From positions 1 through 35,460 of IMG/VR virus record IMGVR_UViG_3300012347_000007: a stretch of DNA of 35,460 nucleotides. One strand, 5' to 3'. The stretch comes from a virus. Lineage: Duplodnaviria > Caudoviricetes. Below are positions 20,396-30,944 of this stretch, piece after piece. A program made the position numbers and the translations under genes. Each line of letters opens with the position of its first letter. Positions within the stretch are counted from its first letter, which is position 1. Under the pieces are notes generated by a model. That model was not told the origin of the DNA, ran no database searches, and worked only from the letters and a program-made list of their open reading frames with translations.

Positions 20396-20992
20396 ATGAA
20401 GTTTAACGAACAAAACGCTATTATAAAAGAAGTAATGTCAAAAGAAGAAGTTGAAGAAATTTATTGGCTAGTAGAAAAATCTTACAACCAATACCTTATG
20501 AAGACTTTTACTCAGACAGTTTCTGACTTTGATCTTCCATATAGAATAGCTAAAAAGATAATCGCACATGCCGAAGAGGTGTCAGGGGAGTCTGGCTTAG
20601 AGATTGAGTCATACCAGTTTGCAAAATATAAAAAGGTTGTAGACGAAGATGGCTCAGTCCTTATGCCAAACCTAACTCCCCACTGTGACCTAACTTTTAC
20701 AGAGCCAAGGTTCACCTTTGATTACCAAATTGGAGGAAACACTTCCTGGCCACTATATGTCGAGGGTAGAAAATATGTTTTGTCGAATAATGAAGCATTA
20801 ACATTTAGTGGAACACATCAGGTGCACTGGAGAGAAAGAAAGACATTCTCAGACAACGACTATGTAGATATGGTGTTTTTCCATCTCAAGAAGAGAACTG
20901 GCACACCATATGATCCATCAGTAATTGAAGAAGTGCAACATAAAATTGACGGGTATACAGAGATGTACCAGAATGGAAAATATGATGGATAA
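20396..20992 (+). CDS. 2OG-Fe(II) oxygenase-like protein
   Basis: LTPHCD (HxD), TFDYQIGG..SWPLYV, distal His in QVHWRE, MVFFH; DSBH-type motif spacing. Confidence 0.75.
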   Translation: MKFNEQNAIIKEVMSKEEVEEIYWLVEKSYNQYLMKTFTQTVSDFDLPYRIAKKIIAHAEEVSGESGLEIESYQFAKYKKVVDEDGSVLMPNLTPHCDLTFTEPRFTFDYQIGGNTSWPLYVEGRKYVLSNNEALTFSGTHQVHWRERKTFSDNDYVDMVFFHLKKRTGTPYDPSVIEEVQHKIDGYTEMYQNGKYDG

Positions 20993-21761
20993 AGATGTTC
21001 CTATGTGGAATTACCTTTCTGGATTAGACAACTATACAGAGAGCTTGCCAATTTACGTAGAGTCTCCATTCTCGGAGTCTCAGATCTCAGCCCTCAAAGA
21101 AATTATTGATGACAAGCTTGCCGTATCAGCAAACTATTATCTAGTGCCTGGTGGACAAGAAGAGTATCGTGGTCAGAATTGGCATGACCCAAAAAAGGTT
21201 GTCCACATGTCTAGAGAGATGGTAGAGTTCGATGCTCCGTCAGACATAGAGCAGACTATGGACAAGCACGTCAAGCACCTATATCCAGAAGAGATTAAGC
21301 TATGTCACTATAGTTATATAGACTATGATCTTCGTCACGGAGAAGGGCGGTATGCACCATCACTACCACCACACATAGACAATACTGAAACAATAGTAAC
21401 CTTTAACTATATGCTAGATGGCAACATTGATTGGGACATCTACATTGACAATAAGCCATACAGTCTAAAGACTGGAGACGCAATACTTTTTAGTGCAATT
21501 AATCAGGTTCACTGGAGACCAAAGAGATCCTGGAAAGAGGGGGAGTTTGTAAAGATACTAACCTTTGACTACTCTCCACTATCTGACTGGAGATTCACAG
21601 GAGAATCTTACCCACTTGATCCAGTTCTATATCAGGATCGTGTTCAAAAGTATTTAGACAAGCTTCACGAATTTCCCCAGATACAAGAGGCCTGGAACCT
21701 GTATAATAAACTAGGACTAGAAAATAATATACCAGTAGACAAACACGGACTAATAGGTTAG
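20982..21761 (+). CDS. 2OG-Fe(II) oxygenase-like protein (paralogue of the upstream gene)
   Basis: LPPHID (HxD), TFNYMLDG..DWDIYI, LKTGDAILF and QVHWRP. Start probably the ATG at 20982 or 20985, overlapping the previous stop. Confidence 0.75.
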   Translation: MMDKDVPMWNYLSGLDNYTESLPIYVESPFSESQISALKEIIDDKLAVSANYYLVPGGQEEYRGQNWHDPKKVVHMSREMVEFDAPSDIEQTMDKHVKHLYPEEIKLCHYSYIDYDLRHGEGRYAPSLPPHIDNTETIVTFNYMLDGNIDWDIYIDNKPYSLKTGDAILFSAINQVHWRPKRSWKEGEFVKILTFDYSPLSDWRFTGESYPLDPVLYQDRVQKYLDKLHEFPQIQEAWNLYNKLGLENNIPVDKHGLIG

Positions 21762-21770
21762 AATATAAAG

Positions 21771-22076
21771 ATGGAACAAGAAAAGACAACAATAGAGATG
21801 GTCAACGGTCTTACAGAGATTGCTGACTTTATGAATGATGAAGAGCTGACAACAGCACTTACATTTATTGCAAAGATTATTATTAAACCAGACATTCCTC
21901 TGAATGTCGCAACCGTAGAGATCGTTAGACTGCAGGCAATTGCTGCCAAGATGGCCTTTAAGGCAACATGGTTGACTAACGTAGATAAGGGAGATAGAGC
22001 GAAGAAAAACATATACTATACAGCTGCAGAATCAATTAACCAATTGGTATCAGCTCTTAAGTATATTACTCGCTAG
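21771..22076 (+). CDS. Hypothetical helical protein
   Basis: 101 aa; TAGAAT (21759-21764) lies 6 nt before the ATG. Confidence 0.7.
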   Translation: MEQEKTTIEMVNGLTEIADFMNDEELTTALTFIAKIIIKPDIPLNVATVEIVRLQAIAAKMAFKATWLTNVDKGDRAKKNIYYTAAESINQLVSALKYITR

Positions 22077-22084
22077 GTGTTATT

Positions 22085-22900
22085 ATGGCAAAAAGTTTAT
22101 TGAAAGAAGTAATGCTGAAGCCAGTAGCTAGGAAGATTGATTCATTCTTAGATACTGATCAGCTTATTGAAAAGATTAGATCTGGATATACGATTAATCG
22201 TGTTGACAAGTTCACAACCAAGAAGACGTTCGCTCCATCCACAATTGCGTTTTCGCATGGAGAGTGCCCTAGATATTGGTACCTAGCATTTAATGGTGCA
22301 ATGTTTAGCGACAATGCAGATGCGTATGGCGGTGCCAACATGACCGCTGGTACAAAGTCGCACGAGCGTATTCAGGAAGCCATGGGCAACGTTCCAGGAC
22401 TTCTTGTGGATTCAGAGTTTAAGATTACATACAATGATCCACCAATTTTTGGTTACGGCGACGTAATGCTTAATTGGGATGGTGAAGAGCTTCTTGGCGA
22501 GATTAAAACTATGCCAAGTGAGGGATTCGAGTATAGAAAGAATCACGGGAAGCCAAAGACTGGTCACCTGATTCAGCTACTAATCTATATGAAGATTCTA
22601 AATAAGACAAAGGCAGTTCTTATATATGAGAATAAGAATAATCACGACTTGTTGATTCTGCCTGTCGAAGTAACCCCTGGTGGTTACTATGTTCAGTGGG
22701 TAAACCAAGCATTTGAATGGATGAAGACAGTTAGAAAGGCCTGGGAAGATAAGACCTTGCCTGAGAAAAACTACCGTTCAAATTCTAAAATCTGCAAGAC
22801 GTGTCCCCTCCAGGTTGCGTGTGCAGGTGCAGGCGAGGGACTATTAAAGATTAAATCTTTGGAGCCTCTAGATGAAAACAAAGCACTGCCAGTGGTGTGA
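22085..22900 (+). CDS. Cas4/RecB-like exonuclease (Fe-S PD-(D/E)xK family)
   Basis: ECPRYWY first Cys, GT..HE, GYGD, EIKT, QLLIY and C-terminal CKTCPLQVAC. Confidence 0.85.
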   Translation: MAKSLLKEVMLKPVARKIDSFLDTDQLIEKIRSGYTINRVDKFTTKKTFAPSTIAFSHGECPRYWYLAFNGAMFSDNADAYGGANMTAGTKSHERIQEAMGNVPGLLVDSEFKITYNDPPIFGYGDVMLNWDGEELLGEIKTMPSEGFEYRKNHGKPKTGHLIQLLIYMKILNKTKAVLIYENKNNHDLLILPVEVTPGGYYVQWVNQAFEWMKTVRKAWEDKTLPEKNYRSNSKICKTCPLQVACAGAGEGLLKIKSLEPLDENKALPVV

Positions 22901-23171
22901 TAACACCTTCAGCACTGAAATAACCTATCAGATTTACTGTTCAGTAATCTGTAGAGATTCAGCAACCAAGGAAAAAATTGCTGCTAGATATCAAATATCT
23001 CGCAGAAAGAAAAGACTTGGTAAGAGTAGGCCCTGTGGATCATGCGGTGCAAACCTATCTATTTACAATGATGATTCTTTGTGTCAGCAGTGTCTAGTAA
23101 ATCCAAATGATGTAAATAAAATACTCAAAGAGATTAAGGGGTTTGCCAATGGTAAATATAAGGAAGATTAA
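22872..23171 (+). CDS. Cys-rich zinc-finger protein
   Basis: CQWC, CSVIC, CGSC and CQQC motifs in 99 aa. Confidence 0.7.
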   Translation: MKTKHCQWCDNTFSTEITYQIYCSVICRDSATKEKIAARYQISRRKKRLGKSRPCGSCGANLSIYNDDSLCQQCLVNPNDVNKILKEIKGFANGKYKED

Positions 23172-23724
23172 TGAAAAACCCAAAAATATTTGTGCTATCG
23201 ATGCTAGCACTAATAGCCTTGCTTTTGCTATCTTTTCTGGTAATACCTTAGTTAAATGCGGAAAGATTAAGTTCGACGGGCTTAATGCCTACCAGAAGCT
23301 TGGAGACGCAGCACGTAAGTCTATGCCATTTTTTAAACAGTTTGAGATAGACGCTATTGTAATTGAGCACACCATCTTTATCAATAGCCCAAAGACGGCC
23401 TCAGACCTTGCCCTGATCCAGGGGGCACTTCTTGGTGCAGCCAGGATTTCTGGGGTACGTACGGCAGGCTCTATCAATCCAATTACTTGGCAAACGTTTA
23501 TTGGCAATGGTAAACTTACTGCAGCCGAGAAGCAAAAGATGATGCTAGAGTTTCCAGGTAAGTCTAAGAACTGGTACCAGAATAAGTCTAGAGAAATAAG
23601 GAAGCAAAGAACTATTAAGTTTGTTAACACTTATTACGACAAGAACCTATCAGATGACGACGTCGCTGATGCGGTCGGTATTGGTCACTACGCAATTAAT
23701 AACTGGGGAAAGATTGACAAATAA
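23149..23724 (+). CDS. RuvC-like Holliday junction resolvase
   Basis: ICAIDASTNSLAFA, IVIE and DDVADAVGIG acidic RNase H-fold motifs; SD AAGGGG favours the ATG at 23149. Confidence 0.85.
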   Translation: MVNIRKINEKPKNICAIDASTNSLAFAIFSGNTLVKCGKIKFDGLNAYQKLGDAARKSMPFFKQFEIDAIVIEHTIFINSPKTASDLALIQGALLGAARISGVRTAGSINPITWQTFIGNGKLTAAEKQKMMLEFPGKSKNWYQNKSREIRKQRTIKFVNTYYDKNLSDDDVADAVGIGHYAINNWGKIDK

Positions 23725-23742
23725 ATGGCAAAACTATATACT
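23714..23742 (+). promoter_or_regulatory. Sigma70-type promoter straddling the small HTH gene start
   Basis: TTGACA (23714-23719), 17 nt spacer, TATACT (23737-23742). Confidence 0.55.
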
Positions 23743-23877
23743 AATGAAGCGTGGCTAAAGAAACGCTACTGGATGGACAAAAAGAGTCCAGAAGATATCG
23801 CAAAGGAATGTGGGACAAGCGTAGAGACCATCTACGTTTATCTTGCTAAATTTAAGCTTAGGAGATCAAAACGATGA
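23725..23877 (+). CDS. Small HTH DNA-binding protein (not in the ORF track)
   Basis: Manual translation gives 50 aa, MAKLYTNEAWLKKRYWMDKKSPEDIAKECGTSVETIYVYLAKFKLRRSKR, a classic HTH; ATGA overlap with the next gene. Confidence 0.8.
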   Translation: MAKLYTNEAWLKKRYWMDKKSPEDIAKECGTSVETIYVYLAKFKLRRSKR

Positions 23878-24089
23878 CTGACATGGTTAATCATCCGACA
23901 CACTATACATCAGACCCTTCGGGGGTAGAATGTATTGATGTAACAAGACACCGTAATTTTAATATTGGAAACGCAATTAAGTACCTATGGAGAGCAGGAT
24001 TAAAGAATGAAGACAGACACATCGAAGATCTCAAGAAAGCAATCTTTTATATTAATGACGAGATTAAACGACTTGAGGGAAAAGCCTAA
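23874..24089 (+). CDS. DUF3310 family protein (T7 gp1.7-like nucleotide kinase-related)
   Basis: DMVNHPTHY...ECID...FNIGNAIKYLWRAGLK...EDLKKAIFYI signature. Confidence 0.85.
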   Translation: MTDMVNHPTHYTSDPSGVECIDVTRHRNFNIGNAIKYLWRAGLKNEDRHIEDLKKAIFYINDEIKRLEGKA

Positions 24090-24331
24090 TGACCCAACTC
24101 CAAAAAGAACCACAGCTAGTACTCCCAGACGGTAAAATAATCGTTAGAGGAGAAATCTTCAAAGTATCTGGCGAGTACGGATTAAAGTTTAAGTTCGATA
24201 GTCTTGTTAGACATGAGAACGGTGCAGAGTGGGTAGACTGCTTCGAGGTGTTTCGTGGGCAGGCAGGGGCATTTAGAAGCTTCCGATCTGATAGAATTAA
24301 ACGTATACCAAAGAAGAGAGTTAAGAAATAA
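24089..24331 (+). CDS. Hypothetical protein
   Basis: 80 aa, TAATG-coupled on both sides, basic C-terminus. Confidence 0.65.
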   Translation: MTQLQKEPQLVLPDGKIIVRGEIFKVSGEYGLKFKFDSLVRHENGAEWVDCFEVFRGQAGAFRSFRSDRIKRIPKKRVKK

Positions 24332-24867
24332 TGTCTACAGAAGCAGACCTAGTAGCCCATCTAGATGAAGTAAATAGGGTTGTAGAAAAGTATCTACAGG
24401 GCAATGAGCCTACTCAGATTTCAAAAGAGCTTGCAATGCCTAGACAAAAGGTTGTTGCACTCATTGACGAGTGGAGGGGGCTCGCTGCAGACAATGCGAT
24501 TATCCGTGCACGTGCCAAGGAAGCTCTTGCTGGAGCAGACGCTCATTACAACAAGCTAATTCAAAAAGCCTACGAGGTTATGGACGATGCAACTACAACA
24601 GCAAACCTAGGTGCAAAGAATGCATCTATTAAGCTAGTTATGGATATTGAGAAGACTCGAATTGACATGCTCCAGAAGGCAGGACTCCTAGAGAATAAGG
24701 AGCTTGCAGAAGAAATGATGGAGATTGAGCGTAATCAAGACATTCTTAAAAACATTTTGCGTGATATTGCTACAGAGCACCCAGAGGTACGTGACAAGAT
24801 TATGCGTAGACTGTCTGAGGTTTCCAAAGAAAAGGAAGTAGTAACAATTGTCCACGATGTTCAATGA
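24331..24867 (+). CDS. Probable terminase small subunit
   Basis: N-terminal HTH (PTQISKELAMPRQKV) followed by helical oligomerisation-like segments, immediately upstream of and overlapping terL. Confidence 0.6.
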   Translation: MSTEADLVAHLDEVNRVVEKYLQGNEPTQISKELAMPRQKVVALIDEWRGLAADNAIIRARAKEALAGADAHYNKLIQKAYEVMDDATTTANLGAKNASIKLVMDIEKTRIDMLQKAGLLENKELAEEMMEIERNQDILKNILRDIATEHPEVRDKIMRRLSEVSKEKEVVTIVHDVQ

Positions 24868-26632
24868 GTTCTTTGAAGTACTTAAAGATAATAACTTTGC
24901 TGAGATTCCAGTAGACGCCAAGACTTTCGTCGAGGGCGAGGCATTTCTAGGACAGCCACCACTATCGCAGGTGCAGTACGATATTGTAGAAGCAATGTCA
25001 CAAATTTATAAGTTAGAAGATTTAATCGATCTTCTCGGAGACGAAGAGGGTAGACGCTATTATAAGAAGTATACTAAGAATGAGGTTATCCTCCAGTTGG
25101 GTAAGGGGTCTGGAAAAGACTTTACGTCTACTGTTGCGTGTTCTTATATTGTATATAAGCTACTATGCCTTAAAGACCCTGCTCGCTACTTTGGTAAGCC
25201 AAGCGGCGACGCTATTGACATCATTAACGTTGCTATCAACGCCCAGCAAGCCAAGAACGTTTTCTTTAAGGGGTTTAAGTCAAAGATTGAAAGGTCCCCA
25301 TGGTTCGCTGGTAAGTTCCACGCCAAGGCTGAAAGTATTGAGTTTGACCATTCGATTACAGTCTACTCAGGTCACTCTGAAAGAGAATCGCATGAGGGTC
25401 TTAACCTTATACTCGCAGTTCTTGATGAGATTTCTGGCTTTGCTCAAGAAATTGGAACAGGTAATGATCAAGGTAAGACTGCAGATAATATCTACAAAGC
25501 TTTCCGTGCGTCAGTAGATTCTCGTTTCCCAGACCTTGGCAAGGTTGCCCTACTCTCTTTCCCACGTTACCCAGGAGACTTCATCTCCACAAGGTACGAC
25601 GATGTGATTGCAGAGAAGGATGTTGTTCACAAGACTCATAAGTTTGTTATGAATCCAGATCTTCCAGAAAATGCGGAAGGTAACTCATTGGAAATTGAGT
25701 GGGATGAGGATACAATTATTTCGTATAAGTATCCAGGTATGTTTGCACTTAAGCGTCCAACATGGGTAGTTAATCCTACTCGTAAAATCGATGACTTCAA
25801 GCTTGCATTCTATACAGATATTGGAGATGCCATGCAGCGTTTTGCATGTGTTCCAACCTTTGCGTCAGATGCATTCTTTAAGCAACAAGACAAGGTTCGT
25901 GCTTGTATGACGATCAGAAATCCGATCGATAACTCGAAGAGATTTGATGAAACATTTAAGCCAGACCCAGACAAGAAGTACTATGTCCACGCTGACCTTG
26001 CCCAGAAGCACGACAAGTGTGCGGTAGCAATCGCTCACGTAGAAAAGTGGGTATCTGTACAGGTAATGAAAGATTACGAGCAGGTAGTCCCTATGGTAAT
26101 AGTAGATGCTGTGGTATACTGGGAGCCAAAGATCGAAGGACCCGTAAACCTTTCTGAGGTTAAGCAGTGGATTCAAAACTTGCGTAGACAGGGCTTTGAT
26201 ATCGGCATGGTATCATTTGACCGCTGGCAGTCATTCGACATTCAGAATGAGCTAAAGGCCGTCGGTATTCGTACTGAAACGGTTTCTGTTGCCAAGAAGC
26301 ATTATGAAGACATGGCTATGCTTGTATATGAAGAACGACTAGCCATGCCTGCAATAGATCTTTTATTCGAAGAGCTTACAGAGCTTAAGATTATGAAGAA
26401 CAACCGTGTAGACCACCCTAGAAAGCTTTCTAAGGACCTTGCGGATGCTGTTTGTGGTGCTGTCTTTGGTGCCATATCTCATACTCCAAAGGACGCTAAC
26501 CTTGAAGTAGAGATTCATACTTTTAGGGATAGACCGAAACAGACACTTGACACAGACAGCAACAATGTGATAAAGTATAAGCCTATGCCCAAAGAAGTGC
26601 AAGATTATTTACAAAGATTTGATTTAATATAA
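24857..26632 (+). CDS. terL: Terminase large subunit
   Basis: Walker A GKGSGKD, Walker B AVLDE, coupling motif LLSFP, and nuclease motifs HADLA, FDRWQS and KDLADA. Start is the TTG at 24848 or the ATG at 24857. Confidence 0.9.
   Translation: MFNEFFEVLKDNNFAEIPVDAKTFVEGEAFLGQPPLSQVQYDIVEAMSQIYKLEDLIDLLGDEEGRRYYKKYTKNEVILQLGKGSGKDFTSTVACSYIVYKLLCLKDPARYFGKPSGDAIDIINVAINAQQAKNVFFKGFKSKIERSPWFAGKFHAKAESIEFDHSITVYSGHSERESHEGLNLILAVLDEISGFAQEIGTGNDQGKTADNIYKAFRASVDSRFPDLGKVALLSFPRYPGDFISTRYDDVIAEKDVVHKTHKFVMNPDLPENAEGNSLEIEWDEDTIISYKYPGMFALKRPTWVVNPTRKIDDFKLAFYTDIGDAMQRFACVPTFASDAFFKQQDKVRACMTIRNPIDNSKRFDETFKPDPDKKYYVHADLAQKHDKCAVAIAHVEKWVSVQVMKDYEQVVPMVIVDAVVYWEPKIEGPVNLSEVKQWIQNLRRQGFDIGMVSFDRWQSFDIQNELKAVGIRTETVSVAKKHYEDMAMLVYEERLAMPAIDLLFEELTELKIMKNNRVDHPRKLSKDLADAVCGAVFGAISHTPKDANLEVEIHTFRDRPKQTLDTDSNNVIKYKPMPKEVQDYLQRFDLI
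26547..26576 (+). promoter_or_regulatory. Putative promoter for the Ig-like secreted protein
   Basis: TTGACA (26547-26552), 18 nt spacer, TAAAGT (26571-26576) with TGA extension; inside the terL 3' end. Confidence 0.45.
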
Positions 26633-26666
26633 AATCAAACAATAAACAGAAAAGGAAAACAAAAAT

Positions 26667-27605
26667 ATGACTTCACTAAAGAAGCCGCTAATTGCTATTG
26701 CCTCTGCACTAGCCCTTGTAACAACTACTCTCGTAGCAGCTCCAGCCCTTGCAGTCGGTGCAACCTATGCACTAACTGTTGCAGGCTCAGCACCAGCAAC
26801 CGCTGGAACCGCCGAAGCTTCGGCAATCGCACTACCAGTTCCTGCAGATAACTCTGTAGACACTACAGACACCCTAGACTTTGCTCTAACTGGCATTACT
26901 GCTGGCGAGGCTGTTGTTGTGGTAGCTACTGATGCAACCTTGGTTGCTGCTGGAACAACTGGTGCCATCACTGCATCTACTGGCGTAGCCCGTCTAGATA
27001 TCGCTACTGGTACTGGCACTACGGCAGGATTCAAGGTATATACCAAGACTACTAAGGTGGGCAAGGTTGTCATCAATGTTGGATCTGCTGCTGCAGTGAC
27101 CTACTACGTAAAGGGAACCGCAGGTGCTCTAAACGCAATTGCCCTGTCTGCACCAACCGCTGCTCTAGGAACCACTGCTAAGGTGACTGCTACTGGTACC
27201 GACGTGTTCGGTAACGTAGTTTCTGGTGCAACTGTTGCCCTACAGGTCATCAGTGGATCAGCAACTAACACCTACTCCCTGACCACAGCAACTGACGGTA
27301 CTGCCGTTAAGGAGCTAACTGGTCTGTCAGTAGATACCTATGACCTAATTGCAACTGCTACCGTAGCTGCTCAGGTAACTGGTCTTGCCAAGCCTGCTGG
27401 CTTTGTCAAGGGTCAGCTAAAGGTTGTGGACCTTGCTGGTCTAGTTGCTGCTAAGGATGCAGAGCTTGCTATTGCAACTGCAACTATTGCAGACCTGAAT
27501 GCCCAGATCGCCGTCCTGAAGGCTGCAGAGATCAAGAAGTATAACACCCTAGCTGCCAAGTGGAACAAGAAGTTCCCAAAGGCTAAGGTTGCACTTCGCA
27601 AGTAA
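26667..27605 (+). CDS. Secreted Ala/Thr-rich Ig-like (S-layer-like) surface protein
   Basis: Sec signal MTSLKKPLIAIASALALVTTTLVAAPALA; Big_1-like segment (VTATGTDVFGNVVSGATV...TATDGTA); C-terminal coiled coil and basic tail KKYNTLAAKWNKKFPKAKVALRK. Confidence 0.65.
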   Translation: MTSLKKPLIAIASALALVTTTLVAAPALAVGATYALTVAGSAPATAGTAEASAIALPVPADNSVDTTDTLDFALTGITAGEAVVVVATDATLVAAGTTGAITASTGVARLDIATGTGTTAGFKVYTKTTKVGKVVINVGSAAAVTYYVKGTAGALNAIALSAPTAALGTTAKVTATGTDVFGNVVSGATVALQVISGSATNTYSLTTATDGTAVKELTGLSVDTYDLIATATVAAQVTGLAKPAGFVKGQLKVVDLAGLVAAKDAELAIATATIADLNAQIAVLKAAEIKKYNTLAAKWNKKFPKAKVALRK

Positions 27606-27618
27606 TTTGAGTAAACTT

Positions 27619-27652
27619 GAGAAGGGGAGGGCAAAAATCCTTCCCTTTTCTT
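27619..27652 (+). terminator. Intrinsic terminator
   Basis: GAGAAGGGGAGGG / TCCTTCCCTTTTC 13-bp stem (with G:U pairs) and a T-rich 3' side. Confidence 0.75.
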
Positions 27653-27769
27653 GTCTCCATATTTTTTAAAATGGGGTTAGAATAGATATCCAAATACTTT
27701 TTGGTCGTACCAACCAATACAACAAAAACGGTACATTACTATTTAAAAAACAAGAAAGGCCAGTCTGCC

Positions 27770-30843
<3,074 letters not shown>

Positions 30844-30856
30844 AGTTATTGAGATT

Positions 30857-30883
30857 GGGGCTGGGGAAACCTAGCCCCTTTTT
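30857..30883 (+). terminator. Intrinsic terminator after nrdF
   Basis: GGGGCTGGG-GAAA-CCTAGCCCC followed by TTTTT. Confidence 0.9.
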
Positions 30884-30897
30884 CTATACCTAAATAA

Positions 30898-30938
30898 TGA
30901 TATAATTAAATAGTTAGGCATACCCCACTAACAAGGAG
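30898..30938 (+). promoter_or_regulatory. Extended -10 promoter and SD of the Pro-rich protein gene
   Basis: TGA-TATAAT (30898-30906); AAGGAG (30933-30938). Confidence 0.6.
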
Positions 30939-30944
30939 ATACAA

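Noticed and set aside
22085-22900. Cas4-like gene as evidence of a CRISPR-Cas system
   Set aside because: No repeat-spacer array or other cas genes are visible; stand-alone Cas4-like nucleases are common in phage replication modules.
23149-23724. RuvC-fold protein as TnpB/Cas12-like effector
   Set aside because: Only about 190 aa, with no zinc ribbon or REC/wedge region and no transposon ends; it fits a simple resolvase.
27701-27769. Upstream extension of NrdE from the TTG at 27701, and a possible NrdR box or riboswitch in this leader
   Set aside because: NrdE-like sequence begins at the ATG at 27770, which has an SD; only short weak stems are present and no convincing NrdR-box match was seen.
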